Assembly (NCBI GenBank): GCA_965203985.1
Contig: CBDBDS010000006.1
Span: 16,588-80,587, forward strand
Direction: 5' to 3'
DNA from: Dehalococcoidia bacterium
GTDB taxonomy: Bacteria > Chloroflexota > Dehalococcoidia > Lucifugimonadales > UBA3495
Length of the DNA stretch: 64,000 nucleotides
A program made the translations under genes and the position numbers. Within the stretch, counting starts at the first letter, position 1. The number at the start of each line of letters is the position of its first letter. Below are positions 59,003-64,000 of this stretch, piece by piece. The notes below the pieces were generated by a model. The model was given only the letters and a program-made list of their open reading frames with translations, was not told the origin of the DNA and ran no database searches.

Positions 59003-59281
59003 GGCAATGATACTATTAGCACGCCCGTGCGATCCGCAACGGCTCGCTGTCATCAATCCACCAGCGACCGTATGAATGGCGCGAGCTGAACAGTGACCAC
59101 CAGCACTCAGCAGACAACACGTGGCAGACGCCCCACGCCGCCGGCGCCAATCCGCATCGCCAGCGTCGAAGATGCGTGTGAACGGCTATGCCCTGCACAT
59201 TGCCTCGGAATCAGTGGCTCAGTAAAATTACCTACAGAGTTAAGACCGCCTCCACCAGGCAGACGAAAAGGCAGGAGCAGA

Positions 59282-59419
59282 ATGGCCTCGATCACCATCC
59301 AAATATCGGGCTACCGGTGCGACAGGTGTTCACACACATGGGCTTCCCGCCGGCCGAACGACCCGAAGCCGCGCATTTGCCCCAAGTGCAAATCGCCGCG
59401 ATGGGACCAGCCCAATTGA
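59282..59419 (+). CDS. small zinc-ribbon protein
   Basis: MASITIQISGYRCDRCSHTWASRRPNDPKPRICPKCKSPRWDQP. AGGAG SD 4-5 nt upstream. Confidence 0.5.
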   Translation: MASITIQISGYRCDRCSHTWASRRPNDPKPRICPKCKSPRWDQPN

Positions 59420-59476
59420 TCGTGATGACCGGCAAGCGAGAAGCCGCACCGGTAAACACGCCAACAGGAGACCGTC

Positions 59477-59821
59477 ATGGCGACCGCACGGCGACTGAGC
59501 GAAGACGCCGAACAGAAAGTTGCAGATATAGTTCGGCAGGATCTGAGCAGCAGATTCGGGGACCAGATCACCATCGACGCCATCCGCATCACGCCGGCGG
59601 AGGACGAGTTCGGCGACCCCTACCACCGCATCGAGGTCCTCTACACTGGTGACGGCAACCTCCTCGACCCGGTATGGCTGAACGGATTCCGGCGCCGAAA
59701 CCAAGACCAACTGGCCGAATGTGGGGTGGACATCACGTCCGAGTCCTACAGCGACAAGACCGTGGACGGGCCATGGGCGCCCTTAGCCTCCACCATGCCG
59801 AGTGGGGAAACCAGCGGATGA
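59477..59821 (+). CDS. hypothetical protein
   Basis: 114-aa ORF with an AGGAG SD. No family recognised. Confidence 0.5.
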   Translation: MATARRLSEDAEQKVADIVRQDLSSRFGDQITIDAIRITPAEDEFGDPYHRIEVLYTGDGNLLDPVWLNGFRRRNQDQLAECGVDITSESYSDKTVDGPWAPLASTMPSGETSG

Positions 59822-59964
59822 ACCGGGAGCAATTGCTCGAACTGGCTGAGGCGCTGGCCGGACCGCCATTACACGGAGAAAGCCGATGCCAGCGCTACCC
59901 AGCGGGATGAAGATGAAGAACCAGATGCAGTGAAGCCAAAGCATCGCGCCGCCCCAGGAGCGAG

Positions 59965-60387
59965 ATGAACACGCCTCGAACCATCCACACGCCAGCGCTG
60001 CTCTCGCATGAACCGGTAGCAGACCTACACCGGCTCAACCCCTGGTGGAACGACGCCCCAGCGCCTGATGCGCCCGGAGACCGCCGCCACCTGAGCGGCC
60101 AAGCGCGCAGGCTCCTCGACAACGGCATAACACCCATCATCGCCGTGAGAGGGAGACAACCAGCCAACGGAAACGCCGTCCATCTGCAGACCATCCATGG
60201 CCTGCTCGCTGAGGGCACGCCTCCGCAGAACGTCATGAGTGTCCAGTTCAACGAGATCCGGTCAACCGAGGGCCTGATTGACCCAATCCTACGGATTGCC
60301 ACATGGCTGGAGCGAAACGCCGCCACCGACCTCTTCAACGCCCTGGCTCACCAGGGCCGCCCCGCATACCTGACCAACAAGGGATGA
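59965..60387 (+). pseudogene. N-terminal remnant of an AAA ATPase of the DUF4143-associated type
   Basis: LNPWWNDAPAP...RRHLSGQARRLLDNGITPIIAVRGRQPANGNAVHLQTIHGLLAEG mirrors the family N-terminus (NPWW...R.....l......i.v..GpRqvGKTt..q.i..Ll). The P-loop is destroyed and the protein stops after 140 aa. Confidence 0.45.
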
Positions 60388-60544
60388 TCATGCCCACCGT
60401 GGCTACACTGCTGAAGGTCGCCAATGCCTTGGGGCTGAGGCTGCGCCTTGAGCCCGTGGAGGATCGCGCACTGGTCGCACAACCAACCCGCGCCGGAGTC
60501 TGTCAGCAGGAATCGGCCTCTCAACCAAATCGGATCTCAAGGAG

Positions 60545-61402
60545 ATGACGAAAGTGAACTCAGCTATTGAAGCATGGCGCGAGCAGGTCCTGGCATTTGA
60601 TCGGGATATGGCAGATATCCGCATGGAAGGACAGGAGAACGGTCACAGCCGTCCTGTGTTTGCCGCCGGGCCACTGGATCCGTACCGTACCGACGATACC
60701 GCGCTCAACGGCCTCTATAAAGTCGTGGGCGAAGGCGCCGAGGTCCTGGACGTTGGCGGCGGCGCGGGCCGCTTCGCCCTGCCCCTGGCAACGCGCGCCA
60801 AGCGGGTGACCGTAATAGATCCCTCCGCAGAGTCGCTGGATTTGCTAAGAACCCGCGTGGCGGAATTCGGATTTACCAACGTGACCGCCATCCACGAGCG
60901 GTGGGAGGAGGTGGAAGTTCCCTCGGCGGACGTAACCCTCTGCTCCTGGGCGTTGCATCACGTGTTGGACGCCGCGCCGTTCGTAAGGAAGTTGGAAGAA
61001 CGCGCCAGGGACCGCGTGGTGATCCTGGAGATGATCGAGACACCAAGTGCGCTATATGCTCCGTTCTACGAGCGCGTGCACGGCAAGAGACTCACGCTGC
61101 TGCCGGGCGTCCCGGAATTGCTGAATCTCCTGTGGGCGATGGATATATTCCCCGATGTGACGATGCTCAGTCCTGAAGTTCCGGTATTGAACGCAGACCG
61201 CAGTTCAACGCTGGAGGACCTTCGACGAAGATTGTTTGTTCAGGAAGGCTCCGATGCAGACGAAAGACTGAGCGCGGCGGCAGATGAATTGCTGGAAGAG
61301 TCCAGCCAAGGTCTGACAGTTAAGGGCGTCAATATGCGGCGGCAGGCGATCATTACGTGGAGGCCGATTCAAAGTGGTTCGAGGAGCGGGGACCCGAACT
61401 GA
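60545..61402 (+). CDS. class I SAM-dependent methyltransferase
   Basis: Motif I VLDVGGGAGRFALPLA and the post-I acidic VTVIDPS. The GTG at 60554 may be the real start (better SD spacing). Confidence 0.85.
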   Translation: MTKVNSAIEAWREQVLAFDRDMADIRMEGQENGHSRPVFAAGPLDPYRTDDTALNGLYKVVGEGAEVLDVGGGAGRFALPLATRAKRVTVIDPSAESLDLLRTRVAEFGFTNVTAIHERWEEVEVPSADVTLCSWALHHVLDAAPFVRKLEERARDRVVILEMIETPSALYAPFYERVHGKRLTLLPGVPELLNLLWAMDIFPDVTMLSPEVPVLNADRSSTLEDLRRRLFVQEGSDADERLSAAADELLEESSQGLTVKGVNMRRQAIITWRPIQSGSRSGDPN

Positions 61403-61469
61403 TTTGTCAGCCGACGAACTACCCGCTGATCGCCGAAGGCCTCCCTGGAATGTGGATGCGCAGGCACTG

Positions 61470-61879
61470 GAACGTCGTGTGAGCAGGGCTATCGATAGTC
61501 GACGCGTTGGTCAGGTCGTAGACGTTGAGGTAGTCGCCTACGATTTGGATGAAGAAATCACGTCTGATCACGCCCGGGTTGAACCGGCGACTGGTCAACT
61601 TACCCAGTCACAGTCCGGATTTCAACGCCCCGATTTTTGACCAATCGCGCCATCTGGGGCTGGGTGCGGCAGGAGGCAACCGCCAACCTGTGCCTGGGGA
61701 CCCGTGCCGCAGTGCGGGACAGAGTGGGCGGTTTCTTCACCGATCTGGCCCACCGTCGGGAAGAAGTCAAGCGACGATGTCGTACCATCCTTCAGGCTCG
61801 CGCCGCAGAACTGACCGGCAGCGCCCGAGCCGATCTTCCCGGCCAAGCAAATGTAGATTTCACCTTGGCTTCGGTTTAG
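61470..61879 (+). pseudogene. IS630/DDE_3-type transposase C-terminal remnant, frameshifted
   Basis: LPSHSPDFNAP then, after a frame change, AIWGWVRQEATANLCLGTRAAVRDRVGGFFTDLAHRREEVKRRC. This matches the family C-terminus (LP.YSPdLNPIE.lW.w.K.....N..f.t...L...v..ff). Confidence 0.55.
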
Positions 61880-61996
61880 GAAGATGCGGTCGATGTCGCC
61901 AAGGACGACCATCCGGCTGGTGAGGCCGAGGCCGCCATAACGGACGTCCACGCCGTCGAGGCGGACTGGGGCCAGCCAGAGGCGGAGACCGCTGTC

Positions 61997-63376
61997 GTGG
62001 ACGCCGAGGTTGGTGACGATCCGGTGGGCTTGTATATGCGTGAGATCGGCCGGGTGGGGCTGCTGACCGCGGCGGAGGAACGGGACCTGGCGTCAAAGAT
62101 TGAACTGGCCAATCATCTGGAGGAGTTGCAGCGGGAGCTGGCCCTGGGCTTGGGCGATGGCGACGGCGTGGATGATGCCAGCGCCGATGGTGAGCCGACG
62201 GTTGCGCCCTGGGAGAAGGCCATGCTGCTGTTGGCCCGCGTTGCCGGCGCCGGACCGACTGCTCGGGCCGTGGCGCGCCACCTGGAGCTGGACGACGCAC
62301 CCACGCTGGAAGACGTGTGTACGCACCCGCGGTTCAGGGACGCCATCGACGGGGTGATGAGCCCCGAGCTGGCGGAGCGGGTGGCCCTGGAACTGGACAT
62401 GACCGAGGACGACGCCCAAGGGCGCATCGTGGCGTTGTCACGGGACACGCGGGCGCTGCCATGGGCGGCGGCGAGAGTTGCCATGGCCCACGTGCCGGTG
62501 TGGGCGGAGCTGCATCCCGAATGCTCAGGGGATCGGGACCGGTGCACCCTGGCCCTGCTGTCCCGGATGCTGGGGGACCCGTCGCTGAGCCAGCGGATGG
62601 AGGCGGTGAATGGGGAAATCGTCCGACACTTCCAGCGGGCCCGTGAGGCTGGGAAGCAGGCCCACGACCACCTGGCGGAGGCCAACCTGCGGCTGGTGGT
62701 CAGCGTGGCGGGGAAGTACCAGAACCGGGGGATGGCGCTGTTGGACCTGGTCCAGGAGGGCAACCTGGGGCTGATCCGCGGCGTGGAGAGGTTCGACCAC
62801 CGGCGGGGCTACAAGTTCAGCACCTACGCCACCTGGTGGATCAGGCAGGCGGTGACCCGGGCCGTGGCCAACGAGGGTCGCACCATACGGATACCGGTGC
62901 ACGTGGTGGAGACCATCAACAAGCTGACGCGCCAGGAACGGATCATGGCGCAGGAGCTGGGACGGGACGCCACGGAGGGTGAATTGGCGGAGGCGTTGGG
63001 GATGAGCGTGGAGAGGATCATGCGGGCGCGGAAGGCGGCCGGGGAGGCGGTGTCGCTGGATCTGCCGTTGGGAGAGGACGGGGATACGTTCCTGGGGGAC
63101 TTCGTGGAGGACCGCAACGCGCCGGCGCTGGAGGATGCGGTGTCGGAGAACCTGTTGCGGGAGCAGCTGTGGGAGGCGCTGGATGGGCTGGGGGACCGGG
63201 AGAGCCGGGTGCTGCGGCTGCGCTACGGGCTGGATGACGGCCAGCCGCAGACGCTGGAGGAGGTGGGGAAGGTGTTCGGGGTGACCCGGGAGCGGATCCG
63301 GCAGATCGAGGCGAATGCGATGCGGAAGCTGCGCCAGCCGGCCCGGTCGGCCCGGCTGCGGGATTACCTGGATTGA
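61997..63376 (+). CDS. primary-like sigma-70 factor (RpoD/SigA type) with a long non-conserved insert
   Basis: [21 protein letters not shown] (region 1.2), [62 protein letters not shown] (region 2), [15 protein letters not shown], and [22 protein letters not shown] (region 4.2). GTG start. Confidence 0.9.
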   Translation: MDAEVGDDPVGLYMREIGRVGLLTAAEERDLASKIELANHLEELQRELALGLGDGDGVDDASADGEPTVAPWEKAMLLLARVAGAGPTARAVARHLELDDAPTLEDVCTHPRFRDAIDGVMSPELAERVALELDMTEDDAQGRIVALSRDTRALPWAAARVAMAHVPVWAELHPECSGDRDRCTLALLSRMLGDPSLSQRMEAVNGEIVRHFQRAREAGKQAHDHLAEANLRLVVSVAGKYQNRGMALLDLVQEGNLGLIRGVERFDHRRGYKFSTYATWWIRQAVTRAVANEGRTIRIPVHVVETINKLTRQERIMAQELGRDATEGELAEALGMSVERIMRARKAAGEAVSLDLPLGEDGDTFLGDFVEDRNAPALEDAVSENLLREQLWEALDGLGDRESRVLRLRYGLDDGQPQTLEEVGKVFGVTRERIRQIEANAMRKLRQPARSARLRDYLD

Positions 63377-63390
63377 CCGGCGCCGCGGTA

Positions 63391-63714
63391 TCAGCGGGCG
63401 CGGTGGCGTCGGGGGATGATCTGGTAGTCGCGGAGGCCCTCGTTCCAGACGCGGCGGATCACCTCGGCCGGAAGGTCCCTGACCTCCCGCCGCATGGCGA
63501 AGCCCACGTCAGGAGTGCCGGAGAAGGCGAGCTTCACCAGAGAGGTCTCGTCGGTGGTGATCTCCACGCGGAGGTCCGCGTCGGCCCTGAGCTCCTCGAT
63601 GAGGTTCACCAGCCGGTCCAGGGCGTCGGCCAGGGCCAGCTCGGTGACGATGGGTTTCCGCTGTTCCGGCATGGGCCGCCTCCCCGGCGGAAGGTCTGCG
63701 GTGAGATCACCCAT
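63391..63714 (-). CDS. hypothetical protein
   Basis: The internal Met (MGDLTADL..., alternatively MPEQRKPIV at 63672) of ORF 63391..63990. The upstream part of that ORF looks non-coding. Confidence 0.4.
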   Translation of the reverse strand: MGDLTADLPPGRRPMPEQRKPIVTELALADALDRLVNLIEELRADADLRVEITTDETSLVKLAFSGTPDVGFAMRREVRDLPAEVIRRVWNEGLRDYQIIPRRHRAR

Positions 63715-64000
63715 AGTGCCACGGGCATCGAAACGTCCCGCCTGGCTCACTGTGCCACAGCGGAACGCCGGTTCCAATCTTGGGTGCGGCGATCGGGCCG
63801 GAGGCAGGGGATGGAGCCGAAGGACCTCCGAGTGACCAACAGAGCGGTCAAGAGGGTCAAGGGACCGGAGGAAGGCAGCAACGTGGGCTGGCGGATTACC
63901 ATCAGGCCAGACGGCAGCGGCGACGTTACGGTGGTGCCGCCCATCACCAGGGACTGCGATGACGCCGGCCCCGTTTGTGCATCGAGTCAACCGTGTTGTT

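Noticed and set aside
61622-61951. 109-aa minus-strand ORF, initially considered a frameshifted gene
   Set aside because: The plus strand carries the IS630-type C-terminal signature (HSPDFN..., AIWGWVRQEATANLCLGT...), so the minus ORF is a shadow.

Overview
All calls were made by eye from the sequence and the ORF track, with no searches run. Element boundaries are good to a few nt, and family names are recognised motifs, not database hits.

The window is a GC-rich bacterial chromosomal segment dominated by mobile and defence-type DNA. Ordinary genes bracket it. On the left are a frameshifted hybrid sensor kinase and an MFS transporter. On the right are an imuB-dnaE2 cassette, a SAM methyltransferase and a primary-like sigma-70 factor. 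I saw no rRNA, complete tRNA or CRISPR array.

Main content:

1. One giant surface-protein gene (minus strand, 19695 down to 5228; FN3, Calx-beta and cadherin-like repeats) is broken twice.
   - An IS4-family IS (18272-19617) sits inside a poly-G tract.
   - An ~8.6-kb cargo transposon (9336-17934) has a 5-6 bp target duplication, 10-bp terminal inverted repeats and unusual ~20-bp-spaced GGGACA repeat arrays at both ends. It encodes a DDE (IS4-signature) + SWIM + zinc-ribbon transposase.

2. A two-gene replication-relaxation-like module lies between ~70-bp direct repeats.

3. A decayed defence-type patch holds two Uma2 endonucleases, hicBA, an Nmad3-like gene, an orphan cNMP-binding/TIR-like effector and a PD-(D/E)XK-like gene with an internal TAG.

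4. Several insertion elements are nested or degraded: an IS701-family element inside an IS5/IS1182-family remnant, an IS21 element, a full IS5/IS1182-family copy, an IS630 remnant and a MITE-like palindrome.

5. An integrase-led island (34.2-46.4 kb) carries excisionase and a tandem-HTH regulator. It then carries four tandem 460-bp units, each with a promoter-like site and a conserved non-coding core. These are followed by a ParB-like gene and a co-oriented cluster of a UvrD-family helicase with three diverged NERD-like paralogues.

The tandem non-coding units and the repeat-array transposon are the best candidates for undescribed biology. The NERD-like/helicase cluster is the best candidate for a new defence module.

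Many genes carry single-nt frameshifts, some of them at short homopolymers. Assembly error versus true pseudogenisation cannot be separated here.
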